Positions 37,822 through 50,692 are shown, counted from the whole stretch's first letter. The stretch: 62,951 nt of DNA, filler included, from Octopus bimaculoides (GCF_001194135.2; 5 parts of 5 records of this genome joined end to end with filler, not necessarily neighbours in it); one strand, 5' to 3'. The notes: generated by a model not told the origin, from the sequence alone. Made by a program: numbers and translations.

Positions 37822-40800
37822 AATTACTTCAAAAGCAACAGAAAGAATATTGGCCGTGGTTCGAGCAGCATTGTGCAGAATATGGGCTGGACGTCCAACA
37901 CCTTCCATCGATTCGTCCATGCTTTCATGGAATTTTGAATAGATGTTATTTGTGCCTATGCGCAAACGTCCACCAGAGTTAGTATTTGTGTTATCTCCAC
38001 CAAAAGTTATACATTTCTTCACGTCCAGTCCTAACTCGACGAGGCTTTCTCTGCAGAAACTTGCTATTGTTTCTGAGGATTCATTTGGGAGAGATTTTAC
38101 TCGCAATAACTTTGTCAGCAAACCCTTTTCACGTGAAAAACATTGCACAATCAACGGGGAAATTTTCTCAACATTGTGATTATTTGCATCTGTAGATATG
38201 CCGTAAAAAGAGTTATTTATATCTTTAACAATCTCCGCAATAGTGTATGAAGCCACAACTTTTTTTTTTATTATTGCAGCACATTTAGTCCTTGCACTTG
38301 AAAATTTGCATGCAATTTTAGAATCAGGAAATACTGTTAGTAGTAGTACGTTTGTACAGTCATTTGAACTGAAGACTGATGATGACGGACAGTATGACAC
38401 GCCATTGCAACTTCTGCGGCTGTTATTTTACTTTCTTCATATGTGTTTTTCTTGATCAAGAAGTTTGTTATTTTACCAGCTTCTCTTGAAGTAGAAGTAA
38501 TACTACTTTTGTGCTTTGCTGTTTCTATGTGTTGCATGGTATCAGACTTCTCGCTATGTTCAATACTGAAAGTGCAATTACATACACCACAGTTTGCTTC
38601 AAAACAGCTTCTGCCTTGCTTGATAAATGCCCATTCACTGAAATATTCATCACGAAATTTACACTTACGTTTTGGCATCTTGGAATGGATGGATTAGTTT
38701 TTAAGTTAGAAAAAAGTGGGCTGTGGCAAGTAGTAACAACACACTTTGATGACAGTATCAAGTTGCAAACGCGTCAGTTTTGCATAAACTTCTAGCAACA
38801 CTTGTTTCCTCGTTACGTTTAGGTTATTTTCATCAAGAGAAAGCATAATTATTTATAAAGTTACAACTAAGAACCTTCAGAAGGTAGTAAAAAATAGATT
38901 TGAAAATTAACTAAATACGGGACATTTGAGGTGTCCTTGAAAGGTCAGCGCGGGACATGGAACAAAATTATCAAATATGGGACATGCCCTGTATATAAGG
39001 GATGTCTGGCAACCATAAACAGGAACCGTGTTTCATTTTTTCCACTGTATTTTATGTACACAGTTCGAAGGATCTCGCACAAAAAACTTGTTTTAAAATC
39101 TTATTTTCTAAAATATCGTGTTATTTATTATTGTTGTTGTTGTGTTTATGTATCAAAAGAAAATTTTTATACAAAGAAGATAAATTCCAAAAATATTAGT
39201 CTAATTACTTAAATAGTATATTATGTATGCTGAAGTATTCAAGCTGATATCTTAAGTATACAAATTCAAATCACAATGGGTTTCCATCATCATTCACAGG
39301 TGCGCATGATATTGGCTGCTTGGGATTCGTTTCAAATATGCCACTTGACTTTTTAAACAGGTATTTACATTTTCAAAACAGGAAATCTATATAGTTTGTC
39401 CTCCTTTAAGCAGTATGTATTATATATACACTTAGTGACTTATTTGAGAACACCTGACCTAGAACTACGTTAAATATTCTGATTGTCCCTGCATGCTTCG
39501 TCGTTGTGATTTCATTTCTCTTCGCTGTAACTTGTTCAGGGTAAGTTTTGCTGATATATTCTTTCTGTTAAATGAATTATGGTAAAAAAACAGTCACAGA
39601 AAATTTTCAGGAAATGACTGATTGGTACTTTATAATTTATTGATTTATTTAATGTATTAAATAAACGTTTTTTTTCCACATTGTTTTTAATGCCTCTGGA
39701 TAAGTTACGTTGACATTTTGTAGTCAGTTAACAAGCGACGTGAATATTTCATATTATTTATAGTAGCTAAATAATATGTGACAATATTTTCCTGTGAATA
39801 TTTTCATAGCTACACTTTCTGTGACTTTATCTCTGTTCACCTTTTTCAAGTTTATCCTTTAAGTTTTCGTAACTAATTCATAGAAAAAATGTGTGTGCGT
39901 TTGTTTATGTAGTATATCTCTTATTACCTGTGTTGTTTAACACAGATCTATGATCTAAGACGTTCCAGCCGTGATCATCATCGGACATTATGTTGTATGT
40001 GTGTGTGAAGGGATCTGACTTAAATTTGTCTTAGCACCCTGAATTGATTTAATACATCAGCCGCTTCAGCCACTATATATATTTTAAGTTACAATGTTGC
40101 AACTACTTTATGGGCGGAGTTTCAAAGCAGCTCAGCTATACAAGCTGGATTTTCTCCGTTTTCGCCGGGATTTTAATTTTTTTTTTTCCATCACACACTT
40201 CAAATCAATAGTGAGTGAAGGGACGAATACTTAAAAATAAATTCTAATGCCTAATTTTTTTTTAACGTCGACCTCACCCCCACTTCATGTTCTCTATTCT
40301 GAAACGAGTAATCCAGACTTTTAGAGAGCCAAAAAAACTTTAAATCCATGTATTTTTAGAGAGCAAAAAAAAAAAAATTAAATAAATCCATGTACTTTAA
40401 ACGCCACCCCTTCCATNNNNNNNNNNNNNNNNNNNNNNNNNNNNNNNNNNNNNNNNNNNNNNNNNNNNNNNNNNNNNNNNNNNNNNNNNNNNNNNNNNNN
40501 NNNNNNNNNNNNNNNNNNNNNNNNNNNNNNNNNNNNNNNNNNNNNNNNNNNNNNNNNNNNNNNNNNNNNNNNNNNNNNNNNNNNNNNNNNNNNNNNNNNN
40601 NNNNNNNNNNNNNNNNNNNNNNNNNNNNNNNNNNNNNNNNNNNNNNNNNNNNNNNNNNNNNNNNNNNNNNNNNNNNNNNNNNNNNNNNNNNNNNNNNNNN
40701 NNNNNNNNNNNNNNNNNNNNNNNNNNNNNNNNNNNNNNNNNNNNNNNNNNNNNNNNNNNNNNNNNNNNNNNNNNNNNNNNNNNNNNNNNNNNNNNNNNNN

Positions 40801-41080
40801 NNNNNNNNNNNNNNNNNNNNNNNNNNNNNNNNNNNNNNNNNNNNNNNNNNNNNNNNNNNNNNNNNNNNNNNNNNNNNNNNNNNNNNNNNNNNNNNNNNNN
40901 NNNNNNNNNNNNNNNNNNNNNNNNNNNNNNNNNNNNNNNNNNNNNNNNNNNNNNNNNNNNNNNNNNNNNNNNNNNNNNNNNNNNNNNNNNNNNNNNNNNN
41001 NNNNNNNNNNNNNNNNNNNNNNNNNNNNNNNNNNNNNNNNNNNNNNNNNNNNNNNNNNNNNNNNATATATATATATATAT

Positions 41081-42251
41081 AGGGTGCGTAAGGTATTTGA
41101 GGACATAGCATTTTTGGGTCATTGCTACATTTTTTGCTAACTCTGTATAATCTTTGTTTCAGAAAATAATAATGGCAGACTCTCAGCTTACTCAAGAAAT
41201 GAAGAGGCATGCTGTTATTGTGGTTATAAAGGTTGAGCAGAGCGATTTAGAAATATCTCGATTTTTAAAAGTTGCCAGATCTTTCCTCTACAAAGTTTGT
41301 AAGGAGCTAGAGACTGAGGATGGAAACATAGTAACTTCAACAGACCACTGATTACAATCTCAGAAAGTCCATAGGGGTCAATTGCAAAAGATTTCTATGT
41401 GTCAGAAGGAACAGTCAGAAATGTTGCCCATGAAGACATCAGATATAAGTCTTATATAATGAGGAAACGTCAGTTTGTCAGAAAAAGCAAAAGAAAATCA
41501 CTACATCAGATCTGAAAGGTTCTTAAACTGAAAAATCCAGCAGAAGAAGATTTGATTTGATTTTTTTCAAATGAGAAAACTTTTTATCGAGATCAAAAAG
41601 TTAACAGAAGAAATGACAGATGGTTATGTGCAGACCCTTCTGAAGTGCCAAGTATTATGCATACAAAATTTCCTGCAATTGTTTTAAGGGTTGTCAGCAA
41701 TGAAGGACATGTGATGTCTCCTTACTTCTTTTCACAAGACCTTAGAGTTAACACTGCTGCCTACATTGAGGTCCTGGAAATAATTGTTAAGCCCTGGATA
41801 GTGTATGCAATGGAAGTCCATATGTATTTCAGTAAGACTGCACTATCATACATGGCTCTAGTAACACAGGAATGGATGGCCAAAAGTTTTCATGACCACA
41901 TAACTCCTAACATTTGGCCTCCTAATTCCCCACATCTCGATCCATTGGACTATTATATGTGGAACATTGTTGAGAGAGAGGTCATCAAACACGCCATAAC
42001 ACCAAAGATTCTTTGAAAGCTGCCATAATCAGAGTAATGTCCAAAATCAGCCAGGATCACTTGATTTGAACATGTAGATGATTTAGATCTCATATAGAAG
42101 CAGCTGTTGAAGCTGAAGGTGGCTTTATTGAATAACATTATAGAAAAGGTTTATTTTTATTGTCATAGCAGTTTTTGATACAGTTATTGTCTGTTATTAT
42201 ATATGTTTTATTATAAGCATAAATCTGTCCTCAAATATCTTACGCACCCTG
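41081..42251 (+). mobile_element. Full-length but decayed Tc1/mariner element (maT/DD37D-like)
   Basis: 25-bp TIRs agggtgcgtaaggtatttgaggaca / tgtcctcaaatatcttacgcaccct (24/25), TA flanks; transposase remnants FFSNEK.F...KVNRRNDRW and IWPPNSPHLDPLDYYMW. Confidence 0.9.
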
Positions 42252-42619
42252 TATGTATGTATGTATGTATGTATGTATATATATATATATATATATATAT
42301 TATATTTATAAAATCCTTTGTCTCTGTCTGTCTGTTCCCAATACATTCTTAAACGGCTCAACCAAATCAAATACATATGTGTGTATGTTAAGTAAATATA
42401 AGAAAATGGAGAAGAAATATAGTGGATACTTATTTAATTTTGCGTCATGATGAACACATATCAAATAGTGTAATACAAATAAAATTTAAAGTAACAAAAT
42501 CACCATAAGAAATAATCAAAAACGATGCCTGCACATGTTTCAATCCAGCCAATTTGGATGTGAAGAGCAATTTTTTAAAAATATGCCCCTGCATGGCTGC
42601 TGTCAAATGACTGAATCAA

Positions 42620-42960
42620 GTAAAAAAGTAAAACTAGAACTAGATTTGATCTCAGAATGTAAAGGGGTGTAACTAAATACCATAAGGCATTTTATTTGTT
42701 GCTCTACAAATTCTGGTGTACCACCATCTTAATTAATTATGTAATAACAGTAAATATTAATTTCTAAAATAGGGATAAGGTCATTCAATTTAGGGGTGGG
42801 TATTGTTGATTAAATTGCCTTCAGATCTTGACTAGAACTTTATTTTATTGACTGCTGAAGATTGATAGGTAGAGATAACCTTGACAGGATTTCAACTCAA
42901 AATGTCGAAGGCTTTAAATACTGCTGTTGTCCAGTGCTCTACCAATTCCACCAATTCACT
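42620..42960 (-). mobile_element. Two old SINE family B fragments
   Basis: aactcagaatgtaaagg...aactaaatac and ttgacaggatttcaactcaaaatgtcgaagg...accaattc. Confidence 0.5.
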
Positions 42961-43608
42961 ATTCTGTATGTTATAGATAGGTAGAATCAGTAGAGCATAT
43001 TTATGTAGATACATGTGAGAGCATGTGTATTGTATGTATGTGTGTATATAGTGGATGAGCCTGTGCATGCATGAGTGTATTTGTGTGTGTGTGCAAGTAT
43101 GTATGTATGTATGTTTGCATATCAGTGGGTGAGAACATTATGTATATGTATGTGTTTGAAAGAGAGATAGTTTGTGTGCATGTATATAAGAGAGTGTATG
43201 TATGAATGTGTTTGTGTGTGTGTGTGAGAGAGAGAGCATATATGCATGTTAGAAAAAAATGTATATGCATGCATGTATATGCTTGAGAGATAGAAGATAA
43301 GATATATATATATTTATATATATATATTTCTATAAAGGTTAGCAACTGAAGTGTTTCTTTATCTTGACAAGAAACTCAACCTGTGACATTATATGAGTGC
43401 AGATTATGAAGTTTTCATGTTCTCATATAACTTTCTTTCCTCTCCAGATTGTTATGTGATTCTGTCATTTAATATATTTGCACAGAAATATACCTGTCTA
43501 CCTATAAAACTTGAACCATGCATCTGCCGTAACCCAGATAGTGTTGATACCATTACAGTCATTACACCAATATAGCTTCCCGACTTTCATCTATCTAAAT
43601 TAGATGCT

Positions 43609-43836
43609 TTAACCCTTTAGCATTCAGATTATTCTATCAAATGTAATACTTATAAGTTTATATTATTTTGAATTACTCAAGCAGTGTCTCGCAGCATTCA
43701 TATTTCAATGATGTTACTCTTTACTTTAGGAATGACAATGTAGGGTAGATGGAAGAGATCAAATTTGGCTAGTGTGAACATAAAGTGGGAAGAATATTTT
43801 GGCCAAATATGGCTGGTTTCAATGCTAAAGGGTTAA
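43609..43836. mobile_element. TTAA MITE, copy 3 (opposite orientation)
   Basis: ttaaccctttagcatt / aatgctaaagggttaa, a perfect 16-bp inverted pair including TTAA. Confidence 0.85.
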
Positions 43837-44059
43837 TCTTACAAATGAGAAAGCAAGTTTATTTACATTTAGAACATGACAATAAAAGCATCATGAAAAA
43901 TGGAAATAAGTCTTCTATAAATGGTGTACCTCTTAGAAAAAGAAAGGATATGTCAAATAATGTTATATAAATTTAATCCAGTGTAATCTCTGGTTAGGGA
44001 CCAGGAGATGTAATGATTTGCTGTACTCTAGCTTAAGTAAAATCGCTGTCTTCCATGCA

Positions 44060-44338
44060 TACAAGCCTCTCCTTTCAGGTACCGGTGCCACTTAAAAAAC
44101 ACCCGTGCTGTTGCTTTATTAATGCACCTATGCTGGTGCTGCATAAATGCACCTGTACTGTTGACATGTAAAAAACACCCAGCGCACTCTGTTAAGTGGT
44201 TGCCATTAAGAAGGGTATCCAGCCATAGAAACTATGCCACAACAGACAGACTTTGGACAGCTTCCTGCTGGCCAGCTCCATGTCAAACTGTCCAACCATG
44301 CTAGCTTGGAAAGCAAACTTTAAACAATGATGATGTTT
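44060..44338 (+). mobile_element. RTE 3'-UTR-derived repeat
   Basis: aagaagggtatccagcc...aaccatgctagcttggaaag...atgatgatg. Confidence 0.72.
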
Positions 44339-44419
44339 CAGAAAATGAAAATAGAAACAAGACCACAAGGTGATTGATTTTACACCATTAGGAAAAACAG
44401 AGGAAGACTAAAACAGACA

Positions 44420-44580
44420 TGGGTGCTTGGTAAGAAGTTTGCTTTCCAACCTCATGGTTCCAGGCTCAGTCCCACTGGATGGTACCTTGGGCAAGTGTCT
44501 TCTACAGCTACAGGATGACCAAAGCCTTGAGAATGGATTTAGTAGATGGAAATTTAAAGAAACCCATTATATATATATAT
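44420..44580 (+). mobile_element. SINE family A, 5' half
   Basis: tggttccaggctcagtcccactg...accttgggcaagtgtcttctac; stops at the internal (TA)n. Confidence 0.82.
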
Positions 44581-44921
44581 CATGGAGGCTATGGCTTCGG
44601 TTCCCGCAACGAGGAGGGAACCAGACTGCTGGAGTTCTGTGATGCAACCGATCTTATGGTCTGCAATACCAACTTCAGGAAACCTGCCAGTCACCTAGTC
44701 ACCTACCGCTCCGGCAGACACTCTAGCCAAATCGACTACATCCTCGCCAGAAATAGGGAAAGAGGGCGGCTTATAAATGCCAAAACCTACCCTGGCAAAG
44801 AATGTACCCCACAACATAGATTAGTAGTTAGCGACTTTGGGATCAAGGCAAAATGGGTGCCCAGAATTAGACAGGCTTGGAGAAGAAGGGTGTGGAAGCT
44901 TAAAGACCCTGCAAACGGACA
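44581..44921 (+). pseudogene. Young 5'-truncated RTE LINE (APE endonuclease part) joined to the SINE's (TA)n
   Basis: HGGYGFGSRNEEGTRLLEFCDATDLMVCNTNFRKP..HLVTY.SG...SQIDYIL...QHRLVVSDF, open frame; cut by a gap. Confidence 0.92.
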
Positions 44922-45042
44922 NNNNNNNNNNNNNNNNNNNNNNNNNNNNNNNNNNNNNNNNNNNNTTAATTAATTAANNNNNNNNNNNNNNNNNNNNNNN
45001 NNNNNNNNNNNNNNNNNNNNNTATATATATATATATATATTA

Positions 45043-46415
45043 TACTAGCTGAAGCACGCGGTAGTACCCGGGAGCGGCGATATTTCCAGTACCCATTACA
45101 ATGCCTAGTTTCTCTCAGATGAAAAAGGAAATCAAGGCATAGAACAGATAAAACAAAGCGTAAGCAAATCCATTCACGAAACAATAATGCAAATAAATAC
45201 GTGCGCAATCGGAAAATGACAATGGTTTGGTCAGGTGAGTGGAAAGCTGCAAATATATAAGCAATGGAAATATTAAGAAGGGAATTGTAAAAGTACTATG
45301 AAAAAAAGGGCATACAAGTTTGAAAAGTAAACAAAAAATTATTTAGAGAAAAGACACTTTATTTGACGACTGTGTTTCATGGGTATAGTTCCATTGATCG
45401 TGAGAATCAAATATCGATTGCAAGGGTTAGAACCAACAATTTTAAGTGCAGGTGTTAAGAAAATACATGTTACATGTTTTACCAAAAATACACTCACACA
45501 CACACCCAACGATGGATAATAATTCCTGACTTTTTTAAGTAAGTCGAAGCCCACATGAGAATCTCCCCTGTCTTGAAAGACTGATATAAATTCTGAACCT
45601 TCTGTAAGAGTTACGGTTCATGTAGTAAGTTAACGCAAATCTGAACTCCAAAAGTATTTGTAAGTTAACAGGGAGTGTACTGATAAGTTAAAACTTGTGT
45701 ATAGGTAGTAGTTTGTATAAATGTAGTTTGAGTGTCAGTATGTCTATGGTCATACATGAAATACTGAATAGAAAATGCTTGAGAAATAAAATGCACTTAA
45801 CTATTTAAAACCTGAACCGAAAGAGAATTAAATCAACGAATTGAAATAAATAAGTTTTAGCAAATGAAAACGATTTGTACTGAAATGCAGAATTAGCTAA
45901 TACTAATGAGATTACCGTTAATAAGATGTCTGTTTTATACCCATGAAACATTTTTTGTCGAATTTCGGCATTTTTCGTCAAATTGAAATCAATATTAATG
46001 GGTAGGACCAAATCCACGAAAAAATGACCAGAGTCTGGTAGCGAACATGCGTCGTCGTCGTCGTTTTTGTGCATGTGTGTAAAAAATGTATTTGTCTCAA
46101 CCTATTCTTAGTACATATTCCATGTGTGTATAAACTTTCCAGAAAACCGTTTGAAAACCTGAAGAATTATGGCAGAAAATAACATTCAAATGAGAATTTG
46201 AATTGAAAAGTCCTATTGATTTTTTTAAAAAATCGATGCTGATTAAAAGTCATTGATTTTTTTTTTTTAAACTTTATGTGCGTAAGTGATCGCATGGGGA
46301 AAGTTCTCACGCACGTGTCAAGTTTCATCAAGATCGGTTGGATAGTATCTGAGGAGTTATAGTAACAAATTCACAAACACATACACACACACACACACAA
46401 ACAGAAATTACCATT

Positions 46416-46418
<3 letters not shown>
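45043..46418 (+). mobile_element. Helentron/DINE-1-like non-autonomous element
   Basis: 5' TACTAGC plus a short stem-loop ending cccggg; 3' aagtttcatcaagatcgg...(CA)n...aaattaccattta, the typical DINE/HINE layout. Confidence 0.65.
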
Positions 46419-46446
<28 letters not shown>

Positions 46447-47217
46447 NNNNNNNNNNNNNNNNNNNNNNNNNNNNNNNNNNNNNNNNNNNNNNNNNNNNNN
46501 NNNNNNNNNNNNNNNNNNNNNNNNNNNNNNNNNNNNNNNNNNNNNNNNNNNNNNNNNNNNNNNNNNNNNNNNNNNNNNNNNNNNNNNNNNNNNNNNNNNN
46601 NNNNNNNNNNNNNNNNNNNNNNNNNNNNNNNNNNNNNNNNNNNNNNNNNNNNNNNNNNNNNNNNNNNNNNNNNNNNNNNNNNNNNNNNNNNNNNNNNNNN
46701 NNNNNNNNNNNNNNNNNNNNNNNNNNNNNNNNNNNNNNNNNNNNNNNNNNNNNNNNNNNNNNNNNNNNNNCCCAGAAAAATATTTTACTTATAAGCTTCG
46801 TAATACTCGTTAGTAAATGGCAATAAAACAGCAATAGAATGTAAAGGATAATTTATGTAAAGATCATTTATAATAAAAAAAAAATATTGTTATAATCGCT
46901 CTCTGAATTACTCTCACTCGCACCAGACTCGCGCACACCATATCTTGTAGACGCAATCGCCGATTCGCAAGCGCTCGTAGACAGACTTGAAGATTTGTTT
47001 TTAAAAAACAAGTCTGGAGTTATTTGCTTAGAAGCTATTTTCGTTGTCTATAAATATCTCGGAAGCACGTAGAATTATTTGTTATGGTAGTAGACACTTC
47101 TGTACTTCGTTCTAAAGTTTGATCTTTATATTTATTATAAAACAAATCTCCCAAACCTGGGGACTAGTAAAGCGGGTCCTCGTAAAGTGAGATATTACTC
47201 TGTGTGTGAGTGTGTAC

Positions 47218-47250
<33 letters not shown>

Positions 47251-48229
47251 NNNNNNNNNNNNNNNNNNNNNNNNNNNNNNNNNNNNNNNNNNNNNNNNNN
47301 NNNNNNNNNNNNNNNNNNNNNNNNNNNNNNNNNNNNNNNNNNNNNNNNNNNNNNNNNNNNNNNNNNNNNNNNNNNNNNNNNNNNNNNNNNNNNNNNNNNN
47401 NNNNNNNNNNNNNNNNNNNNNNNNNNNNNNNNNNNNNNNNNNNNNNNNNNNNNNNNNNNNNNNNNNNNNNNNNNNNNNNNNNNNNNNNNNNNNNNNNNNN
47501 NNNNNNNNNNNNNNNNNNNNNNNNNNNNNNNNNNNNNNNNNNNNNNNNNNNNNNNNNNNNNNNNNNNNNNNNNNNNNNNNNNNNNNNNNNNNNNNNNNNN
47601 NNNNNNNNNNNNNNNNNNNNNNNNNNNNNNNNNNNNNNNNNNNNNNNNNNNNNNNNNNNNNNNNNNNNNNNNNNNNNNNNNNNNNNNNNNNNNNNNNNNN
47701 NNNNNNNNNNNNNNNNNNNNNNNNNNNNNNNNNNNNNNNNNNNNNNNNNNNNNNNNNNNNNNNNNNNNNNNNNNNNNNNNNNNNNNNNNNNNNNNNNNNN
47801 NNNNNNNNNNNNNNNNNNNNNNNNNNNNNNNNNNNNNNNNNNNNNNNNNNNNNNNNNNNNNNNNNNNNNNNNNNNNNNNNNNNNNNNNNNNNNNNNNNNN
47901 NNNNNNNNNNNNNNNNNNNNNNNNNNNNNNNNNNNNNNNNNNNNNNNNNNNNNNNNNNNNNNNNNNNNNNNNNNNNNNNNNNNNNNNNNNNNNNNNNNNN
48001 NNNNNNNNNNNNNNNNNNNNNNNNNNNNNNNNNNNNNNNNNNNNNNNNNNNNNNNNNNNNNNNNNNNNNNNNNNNNNNNNNNNNNNNNNNNNNNNNNNNN
48101 NNNNNNNNNNNNNNNNNNNNNNNNNNNNNNNNNNNNNNNNNNNNNNNNNNNNNNNNNNNNNNNNNNNNNNNNNNNNNNNNNNNNNNNNNNNTATATATAT
48201 ATATATATTACTTATATTATTTTTTAACT

Positions 48230-49290
48230 GAACGCCACGCATTCATTTCTAAGTAAGCTTACCTTGAACATTTTCATTCGACTCTACTCATTACTGTTTT
48301 CGTCCTCCATCCTTCTCTAATTCCCTTTTTCTCCCTTTTCACCGTTTTCTATCTGTCTCTCCCCACCTCTTTCTCATTGTTTCTCTCGTTGCTCACACGT
48401 GACCATCTTCCATCTTTCTTTTCCTCACGTGACTATCTTTCTCTTCCTGCACAGACATTCAAAGGACTTGATATTATCTTTCTCTCTTCTATCTTTTCTC
48501 TTTTCAAAATAAATATTTCTCCCAGCGTTCACTATTTTCCTCTCGTTCGGTTCCAACGACCCTCCATAAATCCTAAATTTTATTTTGGAATTTATGGGAG
48601 CAACTGCCTTTGAAGACTCATATTCTCGTTGAATACTAGAAATGAGGAGCAGATAGACAGCCGACAACTGAGGAAGTTCCCTGTGTTTACTTGTCCTGTT
48701 CTCCATTTTTTCTCTCGTTGTTTGCGCATTTAACTCGTTTGTTTTCGTATTTCATGTTTACACAGTTAATGACGTCCTGTACCCGTATATGCATATATAT
48801 ATATTCATATATCCATACATATATGTACATACCTACATCTATATGTATACATACATGCATATATGGGTACAGGACATCACAAAAAGAAAACCATTAAACA
48901 CAATGAGATACGAAAACATAAAGACGAAGACAGAAAACGAACTTTTTTTCGAACAACGAAAAAATCAAACATAGAAACGAGACATGCAACATAAAAAATA
49001 TTTCCTTTCATCAGTTGTTCCTGTTCCATCTACCCAGCGTTTCGAAGGCAAGGACAATACGCGACTTCGTTGGAACAGTCCTTCCCACAAAGCAAATTAA
49101 ATAAAATTTGGAATTTTTTGCGGAGAGTGAAAGTGTAAACAAGAACAGGACAGTGAGAACAAGACAGTAAAAGACATTAAAAACAAGACGGAACAGTGAA
49201 AACGAACGGTAAGGGCTGTTAGGTCAAGACGATAGAAAAATTATTATTTTGAACGCTAGTTAGATGTGAATGAGAGACACAAAAACATCA
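48230..49290. mobile_element. Two related repeats arranged tail-to-tail around a shared (TA/CA) microsatellite
   Basis: gacgtcctgtacccgtatatgcat (left) vs atgcatatatgggtacaggacatc (right, inverted); further inverted similarity at ataaaattt..gaattt blocks. Confidence 0.65.
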
Positions 49291-50298
49291 CGTCTCCTCT
49301 CTCTTGTATATTTTGCTGTTGTTTCGCCCTAGATTTAGCCAAGTCTGTTTTTAATTTGTGTATGCCACACGTACTATATCTAAGATTACATTAACCTATT
49401 ATGTCTCGTTTATTTCGTCGGTAGACTACGCAATCAGGGTTACAGCGTGCAGGTAATTCTAGCAGATCATATTAACAGATTTAAAATTAATTGCATTAAA
49501 AACGTGGCCTCTCATCTTGGCTGCGAATTCTGTGGCACTAAACCTCAGATCATATAATCAACTTTTTCCTCATAATTACCACACAGTGCACTGTTTTTCC
49601 ATATTGTTCCTGTAGTTACTGCTGTGTAGCACAGATTGATAAGTGCTGCCATCAGAAAGCCTTTATTTTCAGTTTATAAAACTTAATCTTCTGTACAAAT
49701 GATGGGATTCTCTCTGTTATTTGCTGATTGGCACTTCTGAATTTCATATATGATTAGCAATTCAAAATGCTTTCTCCGCCATCAGCTTATCTTAATCTTC
49801 TCGTGAGCGTTTTATTTTTATTGTTATTGTTATTATTATTATTGTTGTTGTTGTTGTTATTATTATCTCATATGTCCTTAATCCTTTGTTTTCTTCAAAT
49901 GATTCGCTATTATTTTCTCCCCCACCCCGCCTCATTTCTCCACATCAGCTTCTTCCTGTTATTTGTCAGTTTCATTGAAGACATTGAAAACATTTTTTTA
50001 ATATTTATTGTATTTTCTGACTCCAAATTAATCTACAGCTACATTCAACAGTTATTTATATAAAACTACAGTAACTTTCTTCTGCCATGAGTCTTGTTGC
50101 ACCACCTACGCGTGGTGCATACTATTATTTAATGCCTACCTTTATGCAGTTCATTTTAAAATCTCATTGTCTTTCTTCGTGTACAAGCTACCATTTCCCC
50201 CCGTATATTACGTATAAATATCTATACCTGGTTATATCTTGGGCTAATGTGTTTATTCTTCAAACGAAAATCTTACAACTAAGTCTCATCTTTACTAC

Positions 50299-50692
50299 TA
50301 ACCTGTTGTTGTTTGGCACTCCGTCGCTTACGACGTCGAGGGTTCCAGTCGATCCGATCAACGGAACAGCCTGCTCGTGAAATTAACGTGCAAGTAGCTG
50401 AGCACTCCACAGACACGTGTACCCTTAACATAGTTCTCGGGGATATTCAGCGTGACACAATGTGACAAAGCTGACCCTTTGAATTACAGGTACAACAGAA
50501 ACAGGAAGTAAGAGTGAGAGAAAGTTGTGGTGAAAGAATACAGCAGGGTTAGCCACCATCCCCTGCCGGAGCCTCGTGGAGCTTTAGGTGTTTTTCGCTC
50601 AATAAACACACACACCGCCCGGTCTGGGAATCGAAACCGCGATCCTATGACCACTAGTCTGCTGCCCTAACCACTGGGCCATTGCGCCTCCA
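50299..50692 (-). mobile_element. SINE family C, young full-length copy
   Basis: CpGs retained; tactaacct present on both flanks (TSD-like). Confidence 0.9.

Larger units (their letters stand above)
36570..38678 (-). pseudogene. hAT transposase with BED zinc finger, frameshifted and SINE-interrupted
   Basis: MPKRK...CGVCNC...QHIETAKH (BED), ISTDANNH, FGGDNTNTN, RPAHILHN (CxxH site mutated), HSKTRWLSL, HNANIERVFS (dimerisation domain). Confidence 0.88.
36488..39017 (-). mobile_element. hAT-superfamily DNA transposon (GGTTGCCA-type termini), decayed
   Basis: Termini tatgttaccata (36488) and tggcaaccata (39007-39017) with subterminal GGGACA repeats; encloses a transposase pseudogene; no 8-bp TSD recognisable. 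Confidence 0.8.

Noticed and set aside
36480-39025. 8-bp TSD around the hAT element
   Set aside because: The flanks tgtagcat and aacaggaa do not match, so no TSD is claimed.
48985-49030. Type II hammerhead from CGAAACG...CTGATGA on the minus strand
   Set aside because: No stem I hairpin between the boxes and a mismatch at the 10.1-11.1 pair.
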